Origin: Candidatus Liminaster caballi
GTDB taxonomy: Bacteria > Bacteroidota > Bacteroidia > Bacteroidales > UBA3663
Assembly (NCBI GenBank): GCA_018065085.1
Contig: JAGHUA010000031.1
Span: forward strand, 2,288-66,287
Reading direction: 5' to 3'
DNA: 64,000 nt
The notes under the pieces are model-generated. The model saw nothing but the letters and a program-made list of their open reading frames with translations, was not told the origin of the DNA and did no database searches. The position numbers and the translations under genes are program-made. Below are positions 9,612 to 18,207 of this stretch, piece by piece. Every line of letters starts with the position of its first letter. The first letter of the stretch is position 1.

Positions 9612-9681
9612 AATTAGTGTATTTCAGAGCTTATCTTCTAAGCAGAGAAAATCAAGGACAGATAGCCTCTGTTGTGAAGCT

Positions 9682-11367
9682 TTAACATTTTTTCAAAGCT
9701 GCCTCTAATAAATTTTTTCTGCCATTAATGAATGTGCTGAAATCAGCTACACCATTCGGTAAAGTTCCTAAGAAATGTGAATCTTGCATTTTTTGTGCAT
9801 CAGAGGCAGACATACCGCCAAGCCAGGCTGCTAGTTCCTGCTTGTTCTTCGAACGGTTGGTACTTGGATCAAGAAGTTCAAGATTGGCAACTGTATCGAA
9901 TGTCACGCCATCACTGGCCAAAGCCTGATCTTTCGGTGTCGTGAACTTGATAATGGAAACATTTGAGAACTGCTGCTTTGGGTGGATATGGTCAACGTCA
10001 TAATCCGTATTTGGCGAGATGCAGCAATTGGTCAGCCCATTGTCATAACCAATCGCATAAGCAATGTTTAAGATCGGGAAAGACTGGGACTTCTTTGTTG
10101 ACAAGGCCTTGTCAATGTCAGAAGGGGTTAACAATGGTTTATAGCAGAACGAAGCTCCGCCTTGCTGAAGTGCTTTGCGAATGTCAGCAAGAGTATTATC
10201 CGTGCCACTCTCAAACAGATTTGTTATGATAGCACGGAACAGATAACTGCGCATGTCATTAAAGATTGTCTGCTGCCCGTTGGTCGAAAGGATGGCGCTA
10301 TTCCAAAGATTGTTCTTATAAATAAAATACACAATCGGAATAACTGCCAACTTGGTGCTCAAGCCCTTTTCATGCATGTGCCAGTCACTTACAAGTTCAA
10401 AGGCTTTCTTAATGCTTGCCCGAACATCTGCTTTGTTGTTATAAATCTCATCAGGTGCGGAACCCGACATAAATACGCCGACATTCGAGTTTAGCGGTTC
10501 ATCGGCCAGCATCACAAAGCACTTAAGCACCCAGTCCTTATCTACCTTATAACCGATCCGCTTGACATCGTCAATGATATCTTCTACAAAACTTCTGGCA
10601 TTTTCTACAGGAGTCTTTGATGACCAATGGGCAGTAAGGGCAGAAAGCAGAAGATCTCCCTTAGACAAAGTGCATCCACCGCTATTGGTACGGACAAAGA
10701 TATCAAGGACAGTATCGATATCATTTGCCGTAATGTTGTAGTAGTTTATAATATCAGTATTATTGAACAATGCCATCAGCTTCATCAAAGTAATCTGAGC
10801 CCATTCATTATTCTGAAGACCAAGCTGATTAATGTAGTGCACAAGATTAAATGCTGGATGGAAAGCCTCCTTGACAAGGAACCATATCTCATTTTTCTGC
10901 TTAACAGAGAGTTGTCGGACATTCATAAACTTGAAATCATACTTCCCATCAGGGTTTGTGCCAGGCTGGTCCAAACGGAGATAAAGTTCCTGCGGAAGTT
11001 GTGCCTTAGGAGTCTTATAAGATCCACACAATGCAATGTAAAGACTGGTAATGCGCTGCTGACCGTCGATCACAACCTTAAAATTCTGAGTCATAGGACA
11101 AGCAGCAGCAACAAATGGCTGATTCATGTTTCCTTCCGTGTAATTTGGATTGAGGAACTGGTAGAAACCAATTGGTTGAGATGGAAGGTTGCATGTATCC
11201 CAAAACATCATGGTATTGATTGGATACTCTTGCATCAAAGAATCAAACAATTGAGCAATATCTTTTCCTTTCCATACATACTCACGCTGTAAGGCAGGTA
11301 AGATTAACTCCTGATTAACTTTACTCAGAATGTCACGAATTGACAAATGTTGAATAGGATAACTCAT
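9682..11367 (-). CDS. DUF262/DUF1524 (GmrSD-like) nuclease, 561 aa
   Basis: DUF262 motifs are ILPALQREYVWKGKDIAQLFDSL and VIDGQQRITSLYIAL. The C-terminal His-Me-type motif is DYDVDHIHPKQ ... NLELLDPSTNRSKNKQ. Confidence 0.8.
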   Translation of the reverse strand: MSYPIQHLSIRDILSKVNQELILPALQREYVWKGKDIAQLFDSLMQEYPINTMMFWDTCNLPSQPIGFYQFLNPNYTEGNMNQPFVAAACPMTQNFKVVIDGQQRITSLYIALCGSYKTPKAQLPQELYLRLDQPGTNPDGKYDFKFMNVRQLSVKQKNEIWFLVKEAFHPAFNLVHYINQLGLQNNEWAQITLMKLMALFNNTDIINYYNITANDIDTVLDIFVRTNSGGCTLSKGDLLLSALTAHWSSKTPVENARSFVEDIIDDVKRIGYKVDKDWVLKCFVMLADEPLNSNVGVFMSGSAPDEIYNNKADVRASIKKAFELVSDWHMHEKGLSTKLAVIPIVYFIYKNNLWNSAILSTNGQQTIFNDMRSYLFRAIITNLFESGTDNTLADIRKALQQGGASFCYKPLLTPSDIDKALSTKKSQSFPILNIAYAIGYDNGLTNCCISPNTDYDVDHIHPKQQFSNVSIIKFTTPKDQALASDGVTFDTVANLELLDPSTNRSKNKQELAAWLGGMSASDAQKMQDSHFLGTLPNGVADFSTFINGRKNLLEAALKKC

Positions 11368-11432
11368 AATTTTAGGTTATTATGTTTATAATATAGTATG
11401 ATTTCTCAAAAAATTCAAAGAATTGAGCAACT
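11368..11432 (-). repeat. 65-bp promoter/5' leader cassette, copy 1
   Basis: Identical over 65 bp to 12018-12082. It abuts the start codon of the GmrSD-like gene. Confidence 0.9.
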
Positions 11433-11536
11433 TTTTTTCAAATTACCCAGAATTCGCTTTATTTTTACAAGGTTCGGCTCGAAATCTGCTTGCACGACGA
11501 ATCGTAGCTTCTTGCAAGGGAAAGACTTTCTCTGTC

Positions 11537-12013
11537 TCAGCAATCGTAATGGATTGCAGGTCTAACGAGGGAATACGTTGTAGTATGTTTCAGATCGCGG
11601 GTGGTGTCCGTACAGATGAGCGCAACGAAATAATCTTCGCCATGTCGTTCCACGAATGACTTCAAGCCATTGATTAGACGGTCATCAGCTTGGTCAATAT
11701 TGAAAATGACAAGAGATTTCTTCTCCGAGTTCTCTACAGCCTTCATCCATTCCACCTCATATTCAAAGTAGTTAAGTCCAGACTGTTCGTCGTTCTTAAC
11801 GATAGGTGTACCACGTAGGTCATCGAGAGTCTGTAGTTTCACACAGACGACATTTAAGTTAAAGGCAGGTGCAATCTCTTCAATGAAAGACATAGCATCA
11901 CCTACAACAAGGAAATCTTCTTCACTGTACAGTTTTTCGGCAATTTCTGCTTTAGAGTCAGGCAAGCCTTCTTGGTTTAACAACCATTCTGGGTCAATTT
12001 GTTCTGTAGCCAT
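11537..12013 (-). CDS. Hypothetical protein, 158 aa
   Basis: ATG at 12013. Preceded by cassette copy 2. No recognisable motif. Confidence 0.5.
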   Translation of the reverse strand: MATEQIDPEWLLNQEGLPDSKAEIAEKLYSEEDFLVVGDAMSFIEEIAPAFNLNVVCVKLQTLDDLRGTPIVKNDEQSGLNYFEYEVEWMKAVENSEKKSLVIFNIDQADDRLINGLKSFVERHGEDYFVALICTDTTRDLKHTTTYSLVRPAIHYDC

Positions 12014-12017
12014 TTTT

Positions 12018-12082
12018 AATTTTAGGTTATTATGTTTATAATATAGTATGATTTCTCAAAAAATTCAAAGAATTGAGCAACT
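12018..12082 (-). repeat. 65-bp promoter/5' leader cassette, copy 2
   Basis: Identical to 11368-11432. It sits 4 nt upstream of the ATG at 12013. Confidence 0.9.
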
Positions 12083-12110
12083 ATTTTTTTCTCAATCACA
12101 CTCATTCCCC

Positions 12111-12602
12111 TTATTCTTCTTCACAGAACCAACCTTTGATGCTATCTGCCTCAAACATTTCAGACAGCGGTTTCTCTGGATCAAGTTCCAAGATCTTTCC
12201 GTATGAATCAAGGCTTCCGTAACTGCTGCGAACCTGATACTTCTCTGCAAATTTTGCCAGTGGCATGAAGCCATCTTCATCTGTATCAATGTCGCCATCG
12301 TCATCAAGCCATTCGTCAGGAATCGATTCCACCCCAAGGCTGTCTGCAAGGTCCTGACGTTCTTCCTCATCGCTCATGTCATAGTCATAAATGAATTCAT
12401 AGGCGCTCGAATAATCTACACCCATCTGCACGATAGGAGCCATTGCTTCTCCAACTTTCTTCTTATTGGCATCAAAGACTTCAAGTTCATAGTCGCCACA
12501 ATAGCGGATATTCACGCAACTAGAGATCAAATCCTGATTATCCAGATTCTCTGCTATCAATGCCGATAACTGAATCAGCAAGTCTTTATCTGCGGGTTCC
12601 AT
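12111..12602 (-). CDS. Highly acidic hypothetical protein, 163 aa
   Basis: ATG at 12602, 3 nt after the stop of the HExxH protein. It contains Asp/Glu-rich runs (DYDMSDEEERQDLADS, DEWLDDDGDIDTDEDG). Confidence 0.5.
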   Translation of the reverse strand: MEPADKDLLIQLSALIAENLDNQDLISSCVNIRYCGDYELEVFDANKKKVGEAMAPIVQMGVDYSSAYEFIYDYDMSDEEERQDLADSLGVESIPDEWLDDDGDIDTDEDGFMPLAKFAEKYQVRSSYGSLDSYGKILELDPEKPLSEMFEADSIKGWFCEEE

Positions 12603-12605
12603 GCT

Positions 12606-13700
12606 TTACAATAAATTACCTTGGTCATCAGTTCTCTGTATGTATGTCAACTGAGCAATACTCAAAATTGCATTTGTTCGTAGTCGCTCAAGAATATCAG
12701 AGGAGATAGCACCTGTCTCGCACTTTCTTTCCGCACGTTTACAATCTTTCCACATTTTAGCAAGAAGGAATGCTGTTTCATAGCAGAATGATGCTTTAAC
12801 ATTCATCCATTCGGCAGCAATGTTTCGCAGTCCTTTCAATATTCGCACTACATCTATGCCAATTCTTCTAGCCTTCATCTTATTAAACTGATTATAGAAA
12901 TCCAGACCTACTGCATAGCCATCGCTCTGTTCCGCCACAAAAGAAGTAATAAACATCTCTATTTCCCTAACTTTGTTACTGTCCGAATATGGGTTATCAT
13001 AATAATTATTACTTGTCAGCAACGCCATAAAATTTGCCAATGCCTCTTCCACATATTTATACATAGGATTAGTATAGTTGAAATATGGGCATGGAGCGAT
13101 GCCATAAGCAGCAACATCCATAAGCACATGCATTATTTCATGACGCAGTACTAAATTGTAAAGCGCCTCTATCTTTTGGTTATCATCAATATGATAGTAC
13201 TTGCGAGAAGTATTATTCTTGACAAAATCTACAATCTTGTCTGCCCAAATGAAAATACGGCAAGGTATAACATTGTCAAGCCCCTCAAAAACATACACGC
13301 CAAGGAGATCTGATATGGCATGACCTCTGCAGACCCATTCGCGACGATCCCTATGTATGCCATGTTCATCATTCTCCATGTCGTCCAACCATTCGTCAAT
13401 ATCAAAATCTATGGTTTCGCTAATATACATATCCGCAGGAACCTTGACAGAACAATCATTACCTGGTACAGCAATATATTCGTTAGCCATGGATGACTCT
13501 ACCAGAAAGACAGGAACATTGTCTATAAGTCTGATTGCATCTTCCTTGTGAAGTCCATGCGATTCTAGAAATCTTTCTAATATAGTCTCTGGTCCTATAA
13601 TGTTTGATTCAATCAGTTCGTTACTGACCACATCCTTTGAGGAAGAATATTTTGTTATTGTAGTGGAATACTTACCACGTGTCAGATCATGAATTATCAT
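12606..13700 (-). CDS. Putative zinc metallopeptidase-like protein (HExxH), 364 aa
   Basis: A single HExxH motif sits in a helical context (LVLRHEIMHVLMDVAAYG). ATG at 13700. No family assignment is possible by eye. Confidence 0.5.
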   Translation of the reverse strand: MIIHDLTRGKYSTTITKYSSSKDVVSNELIESNIIGPETILERFLESHGLHKEDAIRLIDNVPVFLVESSMANEYIAVPGNDCSVKVPADMYISETIDFDIDEWLDDMENDEHGIHRDRREWVCRGHAISDLLGVYVFEGLDNVIPCRIFIWADKIVDFVKNNTSRKYYHIDDNQKIEALYNLVLRHEIMHVLMDVAAYGIAPCPYFNYTNPMYKYVEEALANFMALLTSNNYYDNPYSDSNKVREIEMFITSFVAEQSDGYAVGLDFYNQFNKMKARRIGIDVVRILKGLRNIAAEWMNVKASFCYETAFLLAKMWKDCKRAERKCETGAISSDILERLRTNAILSIAQLTYIQRTDDQGNLL

Positions 13701-13725
13701 ATTATTTTAATTTACTAATGCCAAT

Positions 13726-15066
13726 CACTAGTGTCCAACAAAAGTTGGAAAGTTGAGTTTGTAAACAACTGATATCCATAAAATCAAGTCTCGATTTTTC
13801 AACCGGAGGATTTGAAATCGCAGCCGAATGATTATCTTTGCGCCCAAATAGCAAAATGAAAGCAAAAGGGCAATAAGATGAACAAAGGCAGATATGTATT
13901 TCGCCAGATGTGCGACTTCCTTCCGTCTGACAAGATTGAATGAATAATAGAGAAATATAACGGAGACCGTTATACAAAGACCTTTTCCTGCTGGCAGCAT
14001 TTGCTGGTAATGATACTAGCTCAGCTGTGGCAATGTAGAAGTCTGAGAGTGCTTGTGAATGTACTGAATTCACAAAAGGCCAAACTCTATCAGATGGGGA
14101 TAGGCAAAGGTGTTAGCCGAAGCACATTGGCTTGGGCAAATGAACATCGAGACTACCGCATCTTCGAAGAGATAGCCAACTTGATGATCAAGATGGCGAG
14201 AGAAGTGAGATCTGGCATATGCCTGGACAAGTTCCTTGATGATAAGGTTGTCTATGCATTCGACTCCTCGACAATCTCTCTTTGTCTTAGTATCTTCAAG
14301 TGGAGCAAGCTACATCATGACAAGGGTGGCATCAAGATGCACTCCTTGTATGAAGTAAAGACTGATGTTCCGGCATTTGTTTACATATCGGATGCCAGTC
14401 TTCATGATTCTAAGGCAATGGTTCAAATTACCTATGAATCAGGCACATTCTATATTTTCGACCGTGCGTACATGGCTCTTTTCAATCTGTATGCAATACA
14501 TCAGTTGGGTGCCTTCTTTGTTGTACGCGAGAAGCGTAATATGCGCTTCAGGTTCGTGGAAGACAAGTATTATAACAATCCTGAATCTGGAATACTTGTC
14601 GACCAATTGATTGAGTTTACAGGATACCTAACCCATAAGCGCTATCCTGAGGTTCTCCGCAGAGTGGTATTCTATGACATTGAAGGTTCTCGCCGATTTG
14701 TCTTCTATACCAATAATCTGCAGGCTACGGCAGAAGGCATTGCCCTCCTTTATAAATATAGATGGAGAGTGGAGCTCTTCTTCAAATGGATCAAACAGCA
14801 TCTATACATCAAAGTGTTTTATGGGACCTCTGAGAATGCTGTGAGAATCCAGATCTATTGTGCTATCATCGCATATTGTCTTGTCGCTATCCTCGAGAGG
14901 AAGATGGAACTCAACATGGATATCTTCTCTGTCCTTCAGATTCTGGAGAAAGGCGCTATCGACAAGACTCCACTTCGGGAACTTTTTGAAAATAGCAAAA
15001 TGTCAGAAACGGACACCCTCGATGATAGCCTTCAACTAACTATTCAATTTTAATTGGACACTAGTG
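13726..15066 (+). mobile_element. IS4-family insertion sequence (~1.34 kb)
   Basis: Terminal inverted repeats are CACTAGTGTCCAA (13726-13738) and TTGGACACTAGTG (15054-15066). They may be flanked by a 3-bp AAT duplication. The element encodes a DDE transposase with the IS4 YREK signature. Confidence 0.8.
13878..15053 (+). pseudogene. IS4-family DDE transposase (DUF4372 N-terminus) with an in-frame TGA
   Basis: ATG 13878 (MNKGRYVFRQMCDFLPSDKIE) is in the same frame as the ORF-track ORF at 14001. A single in-frame TGA at 13941-13943 interrupts it. The YREK signature is YKYRWRVELFFKWIK. Confidence 0.75.
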
Positions 15067-15246
15067 AATCGGCAACATCAATGGATCTTTGTCTCGCAAT
15101 GCAACTAATTGTTTAATTGCTGTATTCAAAATAGCAGTTGCTTGTAGTTTGAAATGGTCAATCTGCGAATTATCAAGTTTTGAAATGCTACTTTTTACAT
15201 CGCTGACAAGAGTTTCGATTTTCTTGGGGATGGTTGATTCTTTCAT
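15061..15246 (-). pseudogene. Small coiled-coil ORF (61 codons), 3' end truncated by the IS
   Basis: Its stop codon (TAG, 15063-15061) lies inside the IS terminal repeat. Removing the IS restores ...MLPIGISKLK, then TAA, one nucleotide, and the ATG of the HExxH gene. Confidence 0.45.
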
Positions 15247-15341
15247 AAATATAGAATTTAAGTATTTTTTGTTCGATTCGGATAGGTTGTCTTAAAACAT
15301 TGAACGGTTTACAAGTAAACGTCTTTATGCTTTTCGCCCCA

Positions 15342-15349
15342 CAAAGTTA
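15342..15349 (-). promoter_or_regulatory. -7 box TAACTTTG (minus strand) upstream of the small ORF
   Basis: Plus-strand caaagtta. About 95 nt upstream of the ATG at 15246. Confidence 0.35.
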
Positions 15350-15465
15350 GTATAACTTTATGTGAGGGACAAAACCAGAAGCCCGAAAAATGCAACAAAT
15401 TGAGGTTGGTTCAAGTTAAAAAAGGTAAATGAACCTGAATGAACCTAATTAAGCACAAAAAAAGA

Positions 15466-15497
15466 CGCGGGCAACTGCATTATTGTCAGTTCCCGCG
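15466..15497 (-). terminator. Rho-independent terminator-like hairpin (minus strand)
   Basis: The stem is CGCGGGCAACTG / CAGTTCCCGCG (11 bp with one bulge). On the minus strand it is followed by a 7-T run (plus-strand A-run 15457-15463). Confidence 0.5.
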
Positions 15498-15799
15498 AAC
15501 TAGGCCTACCACAGCCAACAACCAGAACTATACAAACAGCTGTCCACGTCTGGCTGGGTATATCTATCTTAGTAGAATATACTATCAAACCAGAAATGGT
15601 CATCTATCTGCCTTGCTCTTCGGTTGTGAAATAAAGTGGTAGTTTAGTTCGCAAAGAAGCAAGACGCAAATGACGTCTCTTTTACAATAAAATCAATATG
15701 TTAGTCCACCGTCGTGGCATATTGATGGTGCAAAGTAACAAAAAATATTCGTCCTAACAAAAGATTATGTCTAAAAACTGCATCACTGCACGAAAAAAA

Positions 15800-15832
15800 C
15801 TTGATTTTGCTCTTTTATGAAGCAAAATCAAG
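15800..15832 (-). terminator. Rho-independent terminator downstream of the HipT-like gene
   Basis: Perfect 11-bp stem CTTGATTTTGC / GCAAAATCAAG. On the minus strand it is followed by a T-run (plus-strand A-run 15793-15799). It lies ~60 nt after the stop at 15893. Confidence 0.6.
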
Positions 15833-15892
15833 TTAAAAAAAGATGAAAAATATTTATGAAAAGTATCAAAAGAACCTGAATGAACCTAAAAT

Positions 15893-16834
15893 CTATTTTA
15901 ATCTCGCAACTCGAGATTCAAGCATCTCTATATATTTTGCTTTTAAGTCGTTATTCAAAAAAGAGTTTTGAACAAAGGCAATGAACGAAGGCAATAGCTT
16001 GATATATTTAGCAATGAGCCTTTCCACAATAATTGCATCAATCTCCAAGCTTTCTGCTGCAAGAATAAAGTCTTCGCGACTAATTCTCTTTTTCTTCCCA
16101 TTCAAAGTCAAAGCGAGTTCTTCGTTATCCTTCGGATTGAGAATAGCGGCATTCAGCAAATCATAAGCTGGGGTCAGTCTTATTGTCTTATATTGAGGTT
16201 CATAGAGCGAGAAGTTCTTCAGATGCATATCATTATTTCCTGTCAACCAGGCAAACAAGACCTCCTCGAAGAAATTGACAACATCCATCTTTGGCACAGA
16301 TGAATGCTGTGCAATGGTCTTTCCAATGCGCTCGTAGCTACTTTTATACTTATGCTCTGTCTGTCGTTGAGTCAACTGGCACATATCCTCCATCGGGAGT
16401 TTATTACCTTTGGCAGTACGGTCAATACGGCGCGAAAGGTAACAAAGCGTGTTATCGGCCATACGCATCAAGGTGTGAGGAACTGTTTCTATGCGAGCCA
16501 ATTCTGCCAGGTGCATTGTAAGATCTTCAACTTCGGGCATCATAGCAAATAACTGTGTCTGAGGTTTACATATATAGCCTCCCCAAAGACCTACAATGGT
16601 CAGTCGCTTTGTTCCTTCGTGATCGTTGAGGTGTAAAGACAACTTGGGTTGTACGCCAGTCAGGGATGTCTGTTCCAAAATAACCTGACCAGCAAGCTCA
16701 TCGAGCTGACTGATTGTATAATCTAATGAAGGGATGCCGTCCGAACCGAAAAACTTCTTAGCACAGGCAGGGTGCATATCGGTCATCCCCTCAGCAAGCG
16801 GACGGTAACAATAGAGACAATTACAAGGCTTCAT
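15893..16834 (-). CDS. HipT-like kinase (HipA C-terminal domains only), 313 aa
   Basis: GVQPKLSLHL and TGNNDMHLKNFSL are HipA kinase motifs. The HipA N-terminal subdomain is missing and is instead encoded by the preceding ORF, with which it shares an ATGA overlap. Confidence 0.85.
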   Translation of the reverse strand: MKPCNCLYCYRPLAEGMTDMHPACAKKFFGSDGIPSLDYTISQLDELAGQVILEQTSLTGVQPKLSLHLNDHEGTKRLTIVGLWGGYICKPQTQLFAMMPEVEDLTMHLAELARIETVPHTLMRMADNTLCYLSRRIDRTAKGNKLPMEDMCQLTQRQTEHKYKSSYERIGKTIAQHSSVPKMDVVNFFEEVLFAWLTGNNDMHLKNFSLYEPQYKTIRLTPAYDLLNAAILNPKDNEELALTLNGKKKRISREDFILAAESLEIDAIIVERLIAKYIKLLPSFIAFVQNSFLNNDLKAKYIEMLESRVARLK

Positions 16835-17166
16835 TGCTCATCATTTTCTTTAGGTACAACACTCACGGCTCCGATGCAGTCTTTGCAACAGAGCAACAAT
16901 AATGACATACGGTCAAGGATGCTAATGTCTGTATTTCTCAATGCCACATCAAGCAACCATCCTTCGGGAATCAAGCCGTCAAAAAAAGGAAAGAGTACCT
17001 GACTCTTGAATACTGCCTCTTGTAATGGCAATGTAAGACTGATGGCATGAGCATTGAAAGAGGCTAAATAGTCTGGCAGATATACAAACTCATAACCTTC
17101 GTCATTCTCTGTCAAAAGTCCAGCCTCCTGATCCTGATAGAATATCTTTGCCTGTCTCATTATCAT
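16831..17166 (-). CDS. HipS-like protein (HipA N-terminal subdomain), 111 aa
   Basis: YQDQEAGLLTENDEGYEFVY ... FFDGLIPEGW resembles the HipA N-terminal (couple_hipA) domain. It has 4-nt overlaps with both neighbours. Confidence 0.8.
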   Translation of the reverse strand: MIMRQAKIFYQDQEAGLLTENDEGYEFVYLPDYLASFNAHAISLTLPLQEAVFKSQVLFPFFDGLIPEGWLLDVALRNTDISILDRMSLLLLCCKDCIGAVSVVPKENDEQ

Positions 17167-17366
17167 TCGGAAGTTTTAGGTGTGGCCGCCATCTCATAAT
17201 TAAAGAAATCAAGGAGCTGATTGACCTTATCCAAACGCAATGACTGCTTGCCCTGCTCAAGATCTCGCACGAAACGCAAACCTACGCCCGACTTCAGACA
17301 CAAGTCCTCCTGTGTCATCCCATATTGCTTGCGTAGTGTTTTTACCGTTGATGATAGATTACCCAT
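17163..17366 (-). CDS. HipB-like Xre-family HTH protein, 67 aa
   Basis: HTH segment TQEDLCLKSGVGLRFVRDLEQGKQSLRLDKVNQLL. It is the first gene of the three-gene module. Confidence 0.8.
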   Translation of the reverse strand: MGNLSSTVKTLRKQYGMTQEDLCLKSGVGLRFVRDLEQGKQSLRLDKVNQLLDFFNYEMAATPKTSE

Positions 17367-17392
17367 AGTTTCTTTTTATATCATTTCGGGTA

Positions 17393-17400
17393 CAAATGTA
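17393..17400 (-). promoter_or_regulatory. -7 box TACATTTG (minus strand) for the hipBST-like operon
   Basis: Plus-strand caaatgta, 27 nt upstream of the ATG at 17366. Confidence 0.4.
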
Positions 17401-17546
17401 GGAATATTTCTTAAAACTATATCACAAAAGGTATAAAATGATTCCTTTATGATTAAAATATCCCCTTTAAGGTATAATTTGACACCTTTACAAGTCATAT
17501 AGACATACAATTATGTCCTTCGAATGCTTTCAAATAAAGCTGGAGT

Positions 17547-18146
17547 TTACGGCACTATCAGATCGAACTGGATGCCGTAGGTGCGACCGATAGAATAAGT
17601 GGAGGCAACTCCCTTGCCGGCGATGAGGACATGATCGAGCACAAGAGGCTGGTCGGCAAGGATGAGGGAGCAGGAGAAGGTGGTGCCTGCCACGAGACGG
17701 GTGTGCTCGGAACGGAGGACCTCGAAATTATTGTTACCTCGATAGAGACAAGAGCAAATGCGATCGGGAGCCCAAGTGAAACGAACGATGGAGTTGACTG
17801 GCAACTGACTGACTTCGAGCTTACGGGCATTGACGAAACCGCTGCTTGGAGAAACAATCTCTGATTTGCCCTGAGCTTCGCAGAAATGCGTCCAATCGGC
17901 ATAACCGACAAAGAGAGTAAGAAGATCGAGCGTGCTCTGGCGAGCTTCGACCTCTCCGCCGACATAACCATATATGCGCTTGAGGGTGGAAACACTTATG
18001 CTTTTACCCGTGCGACGGAATATCTCTGAACTCAAGAGCTGAAATCCTTTGCTGGTGCTGATCTTTTGGCCCATGGCCTGATTGATGGCAACAAACAATG
18101 CCTCGCGGTTGTTGAGAAAGGATGATTGCAATTCGTCTTTTGTCAT
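17547..18146 (-). CDS. Hypothetical protein, 199 aa
   Basis: ATG at 18146. GC-richer than the island to its left. No recognisable motif. Confidence 0.5.
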   Translation of the reverse strand: MTKDELQSSFLNNREALFVAINQAMGQKISTSKGFQLLSSEIFRRTGKSISVSTLKRIYGYVGGEVEARQSTLDLLTLFVGYADWTHFCEAQGKSEIVSPSSGFVNARKLEVSQLPVNSIVRFTWAPDRICSCLYRGNNNFEVLRSEHTRLVAGTTFSCSLILADQPLVLDHVLIAGKGVASTYSIGRTYGIQFDLIVP

Positions 18147-18207
18147 GATAAAACAGTTTATTTGGACGACGCAAAGATAAATACTTTTTTTGAATTATCC
18201 AAATTTC

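Noticed and set aside
13702-14073. Minus-strand ORFs 13702-14073 and 13728-14000 upstream of the HExxH gene
   Set aside because: They run antisense through the IS end and the transposase N-terminus. Only their last codons (GISKLK) are meaningful, as the displaced tail of the IS-disrupted small ORF.
15500-15790. Resemblance of AGAGCAAGGCAGATAGATGACC (minus strand) to the SRP/4.5S RNA domain IV sequence
   Set aside because: There is no GNRA tetraloop with a closing helix and no complementary 5'/3' arms. The similarity is limited to ~15 nt.
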